A stretch of DNA of 64,000 nt from Narcine bancroftii (GCF_036971445.1 NC_091477.1:94550001-94614000); one strand, 5' to 3'; positions 48,814-62,020 are shown, numbered from the stretch's first letter. Numbers and translations are program-made. Notes: generated from the sequence alone by a model not told the origin.

Positions 48814-50076
48814 TTGATTATCCAACTGCACGAAAACCAACAAGGTCGGGTCAGATACAGAAATGAGCTCTCTGAACCCTTCTCCATTAACAATGGCGTG
48901 AAGCAAGGCTGTGTTCTCGCACCAACCCTCTTTTCAATCTTCTTCAGCATGATGCTGAACCAAGCCATGAAAGACCCCAACAATGAAGACGCTGTTTACA
49001 TCCGGTACCGCACGGATGGCAGTCTCTTCAATCTGAGGCGCCTGCAAGCTCACACCAAGACACAAGAGAAACTTGTCCGTGAACTACTCTTTGCAGATGA
49101 TGCCGCTTTAGTTGCCCATTCAGAGCCAGCTCTTCAGCGCTTGACGGAAACTGCCAAAATGTTTGGCCTGGAAGTCAGCCTGAAGAAAACTGAGGTCCTC
49201 CATCAGCCAGCTCCCCACCATGACTACCAGCCCCCCCACATCTCCATCGGGCACACAAAACTCAAAACGGTCAACCAGTTTACCTATCTCGGCTGCACCA
49301 TTTCATCAGATGCAAGGATCGACAATGAGATAGACAACAGACTCGCCAAGGCAAATAGCGCCTTTGGAAGACTACACAAAAGAGTCTGGAAAAACAACCA
49401 ACTGAAAAACCTCACAAAGATAAGCGTATACAGAGCCGTTGTCATACCCACACTCCTGTTCGGCTCCGAATCATGGGTCCTCTACCGGCATCACCTACGG
49501 CTCCTAGAACGCTTCCACCAGCGTTGTCTCCGCTCCATCCTCAACATCCATTGGAGCGCTTACACCCCTAACGTCGAAGTACTCGAGATGGCAGAGGTCG
49601 ACAGCATCGAGTCCACGCTGCTGAAGATCCAGCTGCGCTGGATGGGTCACGTCTCCAGAATGGAGGACCATCGCCTTCCCAAGATCGTGTTATATGGCGA
49701 GCTCTCCACTGGCCACCGTGACAGAGGTGCACCAAAGAAAAGGTACAAGGACTGCCTAAAGAAATCTCTTGGTGCCTGCCACATTGACCACCGCCAGTGG
49801 GCTGATAACGCCTCAAACCGTGCATCTTGGTGCCTCACAGTTTGGCGGACAGCAACCTCCTTTGAAGAAGACCGCAGAGCCCACCTCACTGACAAAAGGC
49901 AAAGGAGGAAAAACCCAACACCCAACCCCAACCAACCAATTTTCCCCTGCAACCGCTGCAATCGTGTCTGCCTGTCCCGCATCGGACTTGTCAGCCACAA
50001 ACGAGCCTGCAGCTGACGTGGACTTTTTACCCCCTCCATAAATCTTCGTCCGCGAAGCCAAGCCAAAGAAAAAGAA
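48814..50076 (+). mobile_element. Young RTE-clade LINE, 5'-truncated, with an open 400-codon RT/C-terminal frame
   Basis: GVKQGCVLAP, LFADD, FTYLG and a C-terminal CxxC..H..C finger. (aagaa)-type tail. Nearly identical to the 46346-47775 copy. Confidence 0.95.
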
Positions 50077-51099
50077 TTGGCAGTATCTTTAATTTTTAAA
50101 CAATCATTTCTTATCCTTCACTTTTTGGTGCTCTTGTGTTGCAGAAATTTTGTTTTTTCTTGTGTTTTTCCTTGCCCTTTCTCAAAGAAAATCTTAATGC
50201 CTCAAAATGTAAGTGCAACAATGTTTATTCAGTAAATTATCGTTTTATATTTTGTGTGCTCATTCATATCCTTTGTGTTATATTGAATTTTTAGATTCTC
50301 TGCCATTATTTGAAATGATTGTTGAATCATATTTAGTGACTGCTTCTATTTTGGTTTCTTGTCTTTTACCATTATCAAAATATAAGGTCCCTCTCCTACT
50401 ATCTGCAACCAGTTAAAAAGCAATCAAATTTTGCTACTTAAAGTTAAAAACATTCAAGTTTTCACATTTTTTTCCCAATGTAAAAAATAAATGCAAGAAG
50501 GATAAAGATTGACAAATTCATTCATAAAAATAGGCAAATTTAGTGAAAGACGGAGATAATACAGAAGTTTTAATCTTAAATCTAAAAACTATTCAGTGCA
50601 TTAGAATGAGGCTGTCTACATTAATTTTCTCTGACTAAGAGGTGTTGATTGGTGATTAATGATCACACTTTCAAAAGGATATTTACTTCTGAGTTATTTA
50701 TCTAATGGAATGATGAAAAATGACTACCAATTTAAGACAAATTGCAATTCATGGGATATCTTCATGTTGTAACATTAACTTCCCATTATCTCTTTGCTAT
50801 GGTAGTATATCTTCAGTTATTTGATGAATGGTTTTCCCTACATCATAATGTCAAAGGTGGTGGGGTGAACTGTTGGTGAAGGGAGGAATGGCCACATTAT
50901 TGCATTTGCAACACGTTATCTATTGGTCAGACAGCAAAGAGGTAACCCCAGCAACAGAACTTTGGTGGGGTGGGGGGGTGGTTGCATTAAGATTGTATGT
51001 ATTTTCCCTTTTTGTGGTAATGGTTTCAAGATCCCTGCTGTGCACTGGTACTGATGCCATAAGGTAACATTTTACTTTTTCTGGAAATCAATAAAGGAA

Positions 51100-51790
51100 G
51101 AAGACATTGAAAAAGATAAGATTGAATATGAGAAAAAGCTAACACTAAACATGGAAACTGGCTGTAAGATCAAAAGGTATAAATAGAGGAAAAGATAAGT
51201 GAAGACAAATATGACACCAGAGAGAGAGAAGAAAACAATTACAATGGGGAGTGAAGCCCTTTGTATCTTCCTTCACAGAAGACCCCAACTACTCTGTGAG
51301 AGTATTGAGTTAGAATGAGGAATTGAAGAAAATAAGTATTGGGGAAAAGTTGGTGTGGCTAAAAATAGACAAATTCCAAAGACCCATTGTCCTTCATTCC
51401 AGAGTTTTGAAAGAGGTGGTTATGGGGAAAGTGAATGTTCTGGTTATCTTCTAAAACTCCATAAATTCTGCAGCCATTCTTGTAGATCAACTATTTTCAA
51501 CCTTTTTTGGACATGGCCTCCTTAGGACTCTATTCCAAGTTCATGGGTCCCTTCCCTATGAGTTTAGTTGTTTGTTTTTCTGTACCTTTCTCCAACCGAT
51601 GACATTAAAAAATTTAAAATATTTTGATTTCAGTTGGTGACCCCCTCCTTAAATGTGCTGTGGCCCCCCTGTTGAGAATGGCTACTGTACATTGGAGAGT
51701 AACAAATGTGATTTCGCTATCCAAGAAAAGTGAGAGAAAAAGGGAAAACACCAACTTGATAGTCAATGTCAATCATAGGAAAATACTGGC
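51100..51790 (+). mobile_element. Old CR1 fragment
   Basis: Decayed homology to 37920-38500 (cattccagagttttgaaagaggtgg; ttggagagtaacaaatgtg), with an internal insertion at ~51485-51685. Confidence 0.55.
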
Positions 51791-51793
51791 ATT

Positions 51794-52139
51794 TTGGCAG
51801 TCCGCCGCCACAGTCCGCTGGCACTCCGGGTGGCAAGCACAAACAAAGGCTACCAGCCCGCACAGCGGCACTGGCCCCAACAAGCGAACCAGCAGGTGAA
51901 CGGCAAGGGCAGCTTAAAGGCCAGTGACCCCAAAATGGCACTGGCCTTGTGGCACAGCCAACAGACAAGGGCAGCATGCAGGTAAAAAGGGAAACCCGCT
52001 TTTGTTATGCATATTGTGACATCAGCCAAGGGGGGCCAAGGCAGGAACAATGCAAGTATAAAAGTCGGGCTTGAGCCTTAATAAAACTCAGCGCTTAACC
52101 TAACTACTTCTGTGTCTTTTGAATAGTCCGTGGGTATAC
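51794..52139 (+). mobile_element. Solo LTR of the 27736-33034 Gypsy family
   Basis: High similarity to 32696-33034 (ggcactggccccaacaagcgaacc...gtataaaagtc...aataaaactcagc). Possible TSD CATT (51790-51793 / 52140-52143). Confidence 0.85.
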
Positions 52140-52748
52140 CATTATCATTTACTGCAACAAGGAGATAATCTAATATGTGCCATTGACTGGATAAGGGAGT
52201 TGCAATGAGACTATGTGCTTATCTCTGAACCACGGTATTAGTTGTTTCAAGCATTAAAGTGAGAGTACTCCATTGGAGTTATCTTTCTCTTTGCTAAAAC
52301 CTAACTGGAGGAATGTTGATCAAATAACATCTGAGATGGGGAAGGGAAAGAGATTTCTACATTTTGTGTTTGAGACCCTACATCAGGACTGAGAAGGAAA
52401 AGCACTGGTATAGAGCAGGAGGGTGGACTGAGGAAAGATGGAGCCAGATGAGGGGTGGAGTTGGACTAAGCAATTGGGTGACAGATGGAAACAGGCATTT
52501 GGGGAAAAAGGCAGATTGAAGCCATTTGGGAGTCAAAGTGGAGACAGCTCAAAGGGTGATAAATGGGAACATAAATGCTATTAAGCTTGCATCTGATAAG
52601 GTGATGATGGAAACCAAGGGAGAAGTGATGGGAAGATGGAGAAGGGGATCTGGTGAATGAAATTGTGTGGGTGCAATAGTTTTTCTCACCATTGGCTAAA
52701 GACACATACATTTTACATTTTCTGTGGCTTGACTGCAAGATGCCAAGC

Positions 52749-55700
52749 TGTAGCATCTGCCACAGTAACTCTACCAAATAAATTCACAGTACTCACAACT
52801 GTCAGAATTACTTTAATCACGTGATCCACTCTCTTTTATGTCACTTATGGTTTTTGGAAGCCCAAAACCAGAACTGACGTCAAGACACGTCCGCGAAACA
52901 TCCTGACAGTGTGTGTGTTTAAACCCAGACTTTGGAGGGCCCATGCCATCTTCTCAGGTGAGTACACTGCAGCGATTTGGCCCATCCCAGGCCGTGACCA
53001 CTCAGCCCGCTACACCAGCCCACCTCCCAGAATTGCCGTTAAAATATGCTCGTGTAGTAGACTTGGGAGGGCGACCTCTGTGCCTTAGGAAAGGATATGG
53101 CACAGTTAATAAATATGTCCAAGTGTGTGGGCTTTAAACAGTCCATCATCAATAAATCCATTCTCCCACCAATGTCCAATGTGAACACTACTTCGTCATG
53201 CCTCAAAACCTTGAAAGGTCCTTCATGTGGTCTTTGTAGTGGACTGCCCTGTCCTTGCCGACGGACAAATACACGCTCTGCCGAACGTAGGAAGGTGGGC
53301 AGGTGGATCACCGTGGCATGAGGAGGGTTTCGTGCAGCCACCCGATTGCGAAGTCTCTGCAGAACGTCAAACTCATCAGAATCCACGCCTGGTCGGTCGA
53401 AGAGCAACAGTCTCTGGGACAGTCAGAGGGGCACCATAAACCATTTACACTGATGAAGTGGGAAAATCTTCCTTCAGTGCAGGCCTTATCGTCAGTAGTA
53501 CCCAAGACAAATGATCCATCCAATTGGGGCCTATGAGTCTGGCTTTCAAGGCAGACTTAAGGTGTCTGTGGAAGTGTTAACCAACCCGTTTGACTGTGGG
53601 TGATAGGCAGTGGTATGATATAAATGGCTTCCACAGAAATCTGCCAAACCAGTCCATAAGGATGACTTAAACTGAGCCCCACGATCTAATGTGATGTGGG
53701 TAGGAACCCCAAATCTCGCCACCCAGTGGTTGAGGAATGCCTGGGCACAGGTTTCAGCATCACTAGCAGGGAGAGGAATGGCTACCAGCCATCGCATGAA
53801 ATGGATGACCACAGTGAGCAGATACCTCACGTGCACGTGATCGAATTGGCGTTCCACAGAAGAAAAGGATCCTTTGTACGTCTATGAATTTTGGACTGCT
53901 GTCAGACCACACGGCCTGGCCCACAGCGTGACATCCCTTCTCAGTCTGTGTCAGAAGAATCTCGAGGACATGAGGTGCACTGTGGCTCTAACAGAAGGAT
54001 GGATGGAGTCAAATGGGAGAATGGGGCAGGGTAGACTGGTGGAAGTGTCGCACAATAATGTGGGGCCCTGTGGGTGTGGTTGAAAATCTATCACTTTTAA
54101 CCCTGTGATTGTGGTCCAGTAACTGCACATCCTGATCTGCCAACTGGTCTTCAGCCAATTTTGCCACATCAAGGCCACCACTAAGTGTACAGATGGAGGG
54201 TTGAGACAATGAGTCAGCCACAAAGTTTGTCTTCCCCACCAAATGCTGGATGTACATGGTGAATTCTGTGATAAAAAATAATTGCCGCTGTTGTCTGGCA
54301 GTCCACAGATCAGAAATCTTCTTAAAGGCAAATGTCAGAGGCCTATGGTCTATATAGACCATAAACAGCCTGCCCTCCAGCATATATCAGAAATGCCTCA
54401 CCACTAGATAAAGGGCCAACAGTTCCCAGTTAAAATACACTATATTTGATTTTTGGCAGCCTGAGGTGCTTGCTAAAAAAGGCTAGAGGATGCCAATAAC
54501 TTTGAACAAACTGTTCCAACACAGCACTGACCGCCCTATCAGAGGTATCCACAGTGAGCTCTAATGGAGCCAAAGTATTAGGATGTGACAGCAATGTAGC
54601 ATCTGTAAACGCAGCCTTGGCTTTCTTAAATGCAGAGTCCGCTTCTGGGCTCCAATAAATGTCCTTAGGCCTGTCCTGGAGCAATGCAAAGAGAGGGTGT
54701 AATATGTAAGCAGCATCTGAAATGAAACAGTGATAAAATGTCACCATATCCAGAAATTCCTGAAGCCCTTTAACTGGGGAAGTGCTGGAGGATGTTGTCC
54801 TTCTGCGTAAAGGGCTTCGCCCCCTCAGTGCTATATGATGTCCCAGGAAATCAATAGCGGTGAGACCGAATTTGACACTTAACAGGGTTCACAGTGAGGC
54901 CACATTCCTCCAAATGCCAAAGCAGATGTGATAAATGGAGTTTGTGCGACTGAACATCTGGGTTGGCAATGAGAAATGCCTCACCACTAGATAAAGGGCC
55001 AACATCGAGGTAGATAAACACAAAGTCCAGGCCTTTGCTGACGACATCCATCAGCTGTTGAAAAGTTTGGGCTGCGTTTTTGAGGCTAAACGACATATGC
55101 ACAGAAACTCGAATAGGCCAAACGGTGTGATTATAGCCATTTTGGAACATCTGCTGAGTGTACTGGAATCTGGAGCTATCCTTTTACCAGATCCACCTTG
55201 GAAAAGACCTGACAGCCATGAAGGTGAGCAGCAAAGTCTTGTATGTGTGGGACAGGATGTCTGTCCAGAACTGTAATCACCACATGGACGCTAACCGCCC
55301 GATTGCTTCCGGACAAGCAAGGACAATGCCCAAGGGCTATTTAAATGTCAGATGATTCCCATTTCTTCCATAGCTTTAAACTTCATTTTAGCTTGAAGAT
55401 ATTTGTCAGGTGAGAATCTCCTTGCCCTGACATGAATAGGCAGCTCCATAGCTTCGATATAGTGTTCCACTCCATGGGCTGTCGAGGTGCTGCAAAAGCT
55501 GGTGGCCAAAAGTGACAGGAACTCAGCCAATAGTTCAGTGTATTCATTCGAGTCTAGAACATGCACCCCAAGAGAGGCAAAGGAACAATCCCGGAACACC
55601 AGGTCTAGAATGTAGTGGCATGGACTAGCTGGTCACATTTCACATCCACCAATAGCTCATGCATCCTAAGGAAGTCTGCTCCAAGGATCCACTGTAGTGA

Positions 55701-56969
55701 TCACACAGTTCCAATGGAAAGTTATGCCTGGCATGTGCCAAAAGTGCTGATGGACGTTCTGTTGGTCACCTGCAATGGGATCCCTTTGGGCCTGTGCGTT
55801 TTCTCAAAAGAACGAGGGCAGCACCAGGCTGAGCTCTGCACCTATGTCAATCAGATATTCTCTCCGCCCATGGCAGTCGCACAAGTACAGAAGGCTAGTT
55901 CAAGTGCCAGCCGCCGAGGACACTAACGACAGCCAGACACATAGTTTTCCATCAGGTCTTCTGGCCTATTAGCTGGGTAAGTACATGGAGGCACACACCA
56001 TCAGGAATTTCTTCCCCAGCGGCGGTGATAGAGGACGGTCAGTCCTCTTTGGTTGTACTGCTGCCACAGGTGGTGCATGTGGTTCTGGAAGCTCAAAGGG
56101 TACTGGAACAGTGCCTGCCGAATATATTGGCTGCATGTGCACCGCGGTCTGCTGGAGCATGCTATACAGCCTATCAGCCTCCTGGGCGACTGCATATGGG
56201 TCACTGAAGTCCATTCCAGCGATGGCAGAGAAGTGCCACGAGTTTGGAGAAACGGTGTCTCAAATAGGAAACCGTTTGTATGGCCATTAGTGAGTACAAT
56301 CATTTCCATCATAAGGTAAAGGGGCACCTGTCACCCAACCCCTGCATATTCAGGACCTGAATACCACGCTCGTGTTTGCTGAGCTCCAGCGTATCCAGTA
56401 AAAATCAACGGAACTGCGTATATTTCTGGTCCGCTAGCAAGTTGTCAAGATACCAGCTCACCTTTGCAGCCGTAGCAGAACCCAGGGCGTTAACCACTTG
56501 CCAAAATTTGTTTTCTTCAGAGACAATGCCTCTCAGGTCAAATTGAGCTTCAGCTAGCTGGAGCCAAGCCTTTGGCTGGTGAGCCCAAAAGGATGGGAGA
56601 TGAACCCCCATAGCATTAATAGCAGCTGAAGCTGATGCAGCATCCTTCATGGCTACTAAGTTGTTGAAAAGGTGCCAAAGTCGTTGGAACCTGTCGGGTC
56701 ACCAATGTAGTGTCTGCCACAGCAGCACTACCAAATAAATGCACACTACTCACAACTGTCAATAGAATGGCTTTAATCACGTGATCCACCCTCTTTTATG
56801 TCACTTCCGGTTCAGAAGCCCAAAATCGGAAGTGACGTCACAACACATCCGCGAAGTATCCTGACAGCACATGTTTCTGCCCCAAGACTTCGGAGGGCCC
56901 AAGCCATCTTGGGTGAGTACATCGTGGCGATTTGACCCATCCTGGGCCGCAACCGCTCGGCCTGCTACA
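52749..56969 (-). mobile_element. Near full-length decayed Gypsy LTR retrotransposon inserted in a Tc1 remnant
   Basis: LTRs 52749-53014 and 56706-56969 (TGTAG...CTACA). TSD AAGC. Primer site TGGTGACCCGAC and polypurine tract present. gag, PR, RT, RNase H (TVDTSD..PLAFFSK) and integrase (TTAYHPQSNGLV) in Gypsy order. Confidence 0.95.
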
Positions 56970-57735
56970 AAGCCACAGAAAGGATGGCCAGATGACAGTT
57001 TGCCAAGAAGTATTTAAAAGCGCCTGCAGCATTCTGGACAAGGGTCTTATGGACAGATGAGACCAAGATTAACCTGTAATTGGAGTAATGGCAAGAGCAA
57101 AGTATGGAGACATAAAGAACTGCCTGAAACTCAAAGCATACTACCTTTGCCATGGTTTGCATCTTGCAGTGCAGCCTCTGTTTTTCTGTTTGTGATGTCT
57201 TCTGAGGACAGAGTCATTGACATATTCACATCTGCATCCTGAACAGTGTTTCTGATCTATCAGACATACGTTTAGGAATTTTTCTACATGATGAGAATTC
57301 TTCTGGTCTTCCTTGGATTACCAGTCGCCTTGTGATGACTGATCTCACCAGTATGCTCTTTCTTCTTAATGATGTTCCAAATTGTTGATTTTGGTAATCC
57401 TAAGATTTGAGTGATGTCTCTTACTCTTTTATTTTTGTTATTCAGCCTCATAATGGCTTCTTTTGACTTTCATTAACACAACTCTAGTTTTCATGTTGAA
57501 AAATAGTAACTACAGACTCCAAAGGTCATCAAAAGCTTTGAAGTATGACTAGCACTCTTCTACCCAAGTACTAACAAATACCTGTGAAGCCAAATATACC
57601 AAACATTATGGTGCCCTGAAATGAGGGGACTATATATTAAAAAAATGCTGTAATTTCTACAGAGTCAATCCAAAATGTATGGAAATAACCTTGAATTAAA
57701 TCTGGAATTTGCACTTTAATTACATATTTTGTTAT
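56970..57735. mobile_element. Rearranged Tc1/mariner remnant (+ piece to ~57150, then - piece)
   Basis: FWTRVLWTDETKINL transposase motif at ~57030-57077. The - piece is homologous to 58550-58880 and to the TIR region 59310-59460. Confidence 0.75.
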
Positions 57736-57747
57736 GCAATAGACATT

Positions 57748-58010
57748 AGGGCAGCACGGTTGGCGTAGCAGTTAGTGCAACACCTTTACAGTCCAAGTGA
57801 TCGGAACTGGGGTTTAAATCCTGCGCTGTCCGTAAGGAGCTTGTGTATTCTCCCCTTGTCTGTGTGGGTTTTCCCCAAGGGCTCCAGTTTCCTCCCACCA
57901 TTCAAAAATGTACTAGGGTTGTAAGTCAATCACATGTAATAGGGCAGCACGGGTTCATGGGCCGAAATGGCCTGTTACTATGCCATATGCCTAAATTTAA
58001 TTTTTTTTTA
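57748..58010 (+). mobile_element. tRNA-derived V-SINE-like element
   Basis: ggggcagcacggttggcgtagcagttag (A box), ggtttaaatcc (B box), gggttttccccaagggctccagtttcctcccac V-domain, CR1-like 3' end. Confidence 0.8.
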
Positions 58011-58011
58011 A

Positions 58012-59538
58012 ATCACCAGGTGCACAGTATCTTCTCTGGTGATGCTCTACTGCAGCCATCTTCAGCTCCTGCTTGTTTCAGGGGCTTGTCCCCTTAAGTT
58101 TTCTCTTCACCATATTGGAAGGCATGCTCAATTGAATTTAGATCGGGTGACTGACTTTACCATTCAAGAATTTTCCAGTTTTTAGCTTTCAAAAACTCAT
58201 TTATTCCTTTCACAGTATGTTTGGAATCATTGTCTTGTTGTAGGATGAAGCACCATCCAATGAGTTTGGAGGCATTTGCTCAAACTTGAGCAGATGTTTC
58301 TATATAATTCATAATTCATTTTACCACCGTGATTCACATATGAGGTGATATGCTTTGGATCTTGAGAGATCCTTTATGTCTCCACATTTAACTCTTGCCA
58401 TCACTCTGATACAGATTCATCTTGGTTTCATAAGTTCACAGGACCTTTTTTTCCAGAATTCTGTAGTCTCGTTTAAATACTTCTTGGCAAACTGTAACCT
58501 TGCTATCCTGTTTCTGTGGCTAACTAGTAATTTGCTCTTGCAATGGAGCCTCTGTATTTCTGTTTATGAAGTCTTCTGAGGACAGTAGTCATTGACACAT
58601 CAACATTTGTCTCCTGAAGAATGTTTCTGATCTGTCGGAACAGGCTTTTAGGGATTTTTCTTCATTTTAATGAGAGTCCTTATGTCATCAACAGTGGAGG
58701 TCTTCCTTGCCCTACCAGCCCCTTTGTGATTACTGAGCTCACCAGTATTCTCTTCCTTAATATTCCAAACTGTTGATTTTGGTAATCCTAATGTATGGGC
58801 AATGTCTCTTACTGTTTTATTCTTTTTTTCAACCTCAATGGTTTATTTGAATTTCATTGGCACAACTCTGGTCAAAAACTTAGAAGCAGGATCTGCGTCA
58901 GAACAAGTGTTAGCAGGGGCATTAAGTTAACTGCAGGGAGCACAATCTAATGTTTGAAAACTCGCTAAATGGGGAGAGGTAGTGGTAGTGCTGCCTACCA
59001 TGAACCTCTTCTGTGCGCTGCCTTCCCTCTCCCTCCGACATAACAGCAAACACGCTGCTTAAATTGCATGGACTCTCGTGGCACTAGATGCTAGTGCTGC
59101 GGGTGAGAGACATTATTTGGAGGGCAATGGCTGCGAGTGGGTGGGGGTCACAATACCTTGTCAATACCTGCAATACCTTGTCAATACCTGCAGGTCAATA
59201 CCTGCAAATGCTCCCCCCACAACCCCCCCACCCCCAGCTTGGCACTGACCCTGCTGAGAAGCAAGTCTAGCTCTCTTATAACTACACCAATGAAGCAGTT
59301 AAACCCACTCCTGTGAAGCCAAATGTCCCAAACATTATAGTGCCCTAAAATAGAACTACATTATAAAGTGTCGTAATTTTTGCATGGTCAAACCAAAATG
59401 TGTATGCATAACCATGAATAAAATCTAGAATGAATACTTTAATCACATGAATTGTTTGATAACAAATTTTAATCTGTGGAGTACAGAGGCAAATAAAGGA
59501 AATATGTGCCTTTGTCCCAAACATTATGGATGGCACTG
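58012..59538 (-). mobile_element. Decayed Tc1 transposon with an IR/DR-type terminus
   Basis: QQDNDSKH-like second Asp region (~58220-58245, - strand). Repeated tgtcccaaacattat at ~59325 and ~59513, ending in GCACTG. Unrelated insert at ~58900-59260. Confidence 0.7.
59151..59206. repeat. Short tandem repeat (caatacct(t)g units)
   Basis: Five copies of caatacc-containing 9-11-mers. Confidence 0.7.
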
Positions 59539-60049
59539 GTGATGATGGCAACCATGAAGGGAGATGTGAAGGCAAGGTGGAGAAAGGGATCTGGTGAGTG
59601 AAAATATGTGGGTGCTAGGTGGATGGAACTGGAGTGATGAAAATAGGTGAAGTTGAGGGGAAAGGAGACTGGGATGTCCCAGTCTTGTTCCTCTAACTGC
59701 ATTGGGCCTCTCCATCAGTGGAGAAGACTGGGAAAGGACAGGTCAATATGGAAATGGGAAGGGGAGCTGAGAAGTCGAGATGGCCAGTGCAAACAAAACA
59801 CTGGGCCTCAGTGGTGGTGCATCATTTCCAATTTTAGTGAATATTCTGCGTTTCCACCCCCGCATTCCGATCTCCCTCTGCTCCTCCCATTTTCGCCCAC
59901 TTTCCAGCCACCTCCAACCCCCTCATTTCACTCACTGTGTCCCCCTTCTCCATTTGGTTCCGTCTTACGTTCATCTCCCCCGAATAGTTCCCATAATCAC
60001 CACCCTTGCTTGCAAGATTCCAGACTGGCTGCTTTTATCTGCCCACTGA

Positions 60050-60480
60050 TCCACCGCCTCGTTCCACGTGGCCTGCTCCTCTTTGGCCTTCTCCACACAT
60101 CGCCTCCCCTCCCGCCATCCCCGACCTGACGTCATCAGTCGGATTCTTTCGCCCCGCCCCTCCATGGAATCACCCTGAGCGAGGTGACGGTGCGGACGGA
60201 CCATCCGGGGACCGGCTGGCGCATCGTTTCTGCCCGGCGGCTTCCCGTGATGCCGCGCGCGAGCGGGGAAGATGCCCGACGCTGAGGCGAATACGCTCGG
60301 TTCCTACCTCGGCAAAGCCGTGGCGTTTGTGGATGACCACGTCCAGGCAGTGCGGGTACGCGGCCATTCGGCAGAGAGCAGATGGAGCTGCTGTGCAGTC
60401 CTCGGGGCGCCGGCCGTTTTCCTGGGCAAGTTGGGGGCTTGGGTAGACGATGTGGAGGCTCTGTCCTCATCGCCTTGTCC
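60050..60480 (+). promoter_or_regulatory. CpG island / C3orf33 promoter
   Basis: CpG-rich. CCACGTGG at 60064-60071, full CRE TGACGTCA at 60127-60134, GC box GCCCCGCCCC at 60151-60160. Confidence 0.8.
60272..60355 (+). CDS. C3orf33: C3orf33 homolog, coding exon 1
   Basis: MPDAEANTLGSYLGKAVAFVDDHVQAVR|gtacgc, matching my recollection of human ADDHLRLVR. Syntenic position downstream of SLC33A1. Confidence 0.85.
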
Positions 60481-60494
60481 CTCTGTGCTTTCAG

Positions 60495-60554
60495 ACTCTC
60501 AGCACGGGCCTGGCAGTGGTGGGAATCGTGATGTTAGCCAGAAGTGTCAGACTC
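60495..60554 (+). CDS. C3orf33: C3orf33 homolog, coding exon 2 (transmembrane segment)
   Basis: tttcag|TLSTGLAVVGIVMLARSVRL|gtaagt. 60 nt. Compare human NISTGMAIAGIMLLLRSIRL (recalled). Confidence 0.9.
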
Positions 60555-60634
60555 GTAAGTTTCTCTGGAGTTTCTGGAAGTTGGCTTCACACACTGAAGC
60601 TTTTTGTTCTTGATTTGTCATTCACATTTAATCT

Positions 60635-61240
60635 TGTTAGAAACAGAAGTACCCTCACAGAAATTGCTCGAGACAAAAATTGAGAACAAAGAACATTTAT
60701 TATACAACAATGCAAAGTTGGGTGCTTCCCCTTACCCTGGGAATACACACACACACTGGGACTCACCCAACTTTTATACAGTTCATTTCAGTGTAGAGGT
60801 ACCCTCCCCCCTTACATTCTTCTGCCTCCTGGATGAGTTTGGCATTAGGCAATCCTGTCTGCCTTCGTGCTGTTTCTGTGAACTTGGAGGAACAGGGGGT
60901 ATCCTGTCGGTGTCCCATCATGTCATTGTCCTTATTCACACCTTCCTGACTCAGGGCTGACTAACTTCTTACATGCAGAACTTGCTAATTCTGTCTAAGG
61001 CTAGAAGACCCTTATCTTATTCAGACTAACTTTACTTCCTACATTCTATTATCTATTATCTATCCTTATCTTATTCATACTGGTGAACTTGCTGATTCTG
61101 TCTAAAAGGCTAGAAGACCCTTTACTAACTTTACTTCTTACATTCTAATATCTATTATCCTATTCATACTGGCTTTATTCATTATCTATACTAGTTTCCT
61201 CATCTTCATATTTTTAAATCAGTTTTACTCATCTCTCACA
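60635..61240 (-). mobile_element. Solo LTR (ERV-like), 606 bp
   Basis: TGTTAGA...TCTCACA termini, 4-bp TSD ATCT (60631-60634 / 61241-61244). On the - strand, TATAAAA at 60778-60772 and AATAAA at 60701-60696. Duplicated U3 blocks at 60978 and 61085. Confidence 0.8.
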
Positions 61241-61344
61241 ATCTGATAAACGTATATTTGCAGCAAAATTACACGCTATTTATAGGACACATTGTTCTGA
61301 GGTTATGGAGTTTATCTTTGACTGTGACATGCAGTTGTTGGCAG

Positions 61345-62020
61345 AATCACAAACGACAGTGAGGAAGTGTACCTGAGGGAGATGGATCAAGCTCGTTGAA
61401 CGACCACCTTGCGCTCAACCTCTGCAAAACCAAGGAGATGATTGCAGAAGTCAGGGGAACACACGACCCAGTCCTTGTTGAGGGCTCGGTAGGGGAGAGG
61501 GTCAAGAACTTCAAATTCCTGGGTGTCAACACCTCCGAGGATCCGCTTGGAGCCTCCGTGTGGATGCAGTCTCAAAGTGGCTACACTTGGTGAGGAAGTC
61601 ACCGAAAATTCTCAAGAACTTCTGCAGGTGTACCATGGAGAGCATTCTGGCTGATTGCATCACTGCCTGGTATGGAGGTGCCAACTCTCAGGACAAGAAT
61701 AAACTCAGCCTGCAACTGTACAGGCACCAGTCTTCACTCCCTGGAGGACATTTACATGAGGTGGTGTCTTCAAAAAGTAGCCTCTATCCTCTGCTACCGT
61801 TGGGGAAAAGAGGAGCACTCAATGGCACAAAGACAGCTTCTTCCCCGCTCCCATCAGATTCTTGAATAATCACTGAACCAAAGACACTGCTTTACTTTTT
61901 GTGCACAGACATTATTTTATTTTTATAGTAATGTGTTAAATGGCTTTAATATGTATGTTTGTTTGCACTTTGATGTTACTGCAAAACAACGAATTTCATG
62001 ACAGTAAAATTCTGATTCTG
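61345..62020 (+). mobile_element. Rex1/Babar 3' fragment
   Basis: HLALNLCKTKEMI, VKNFKFLGV, NFCRCTMESILADCITAWYG. attctgattctg tail. Confidence 0.85.

Noticed and set aside
57748-57830. tRNA-like A/B boxes
   Set aside because: This is the head of a SINE followed by a V-domain, not a tRNA gene.
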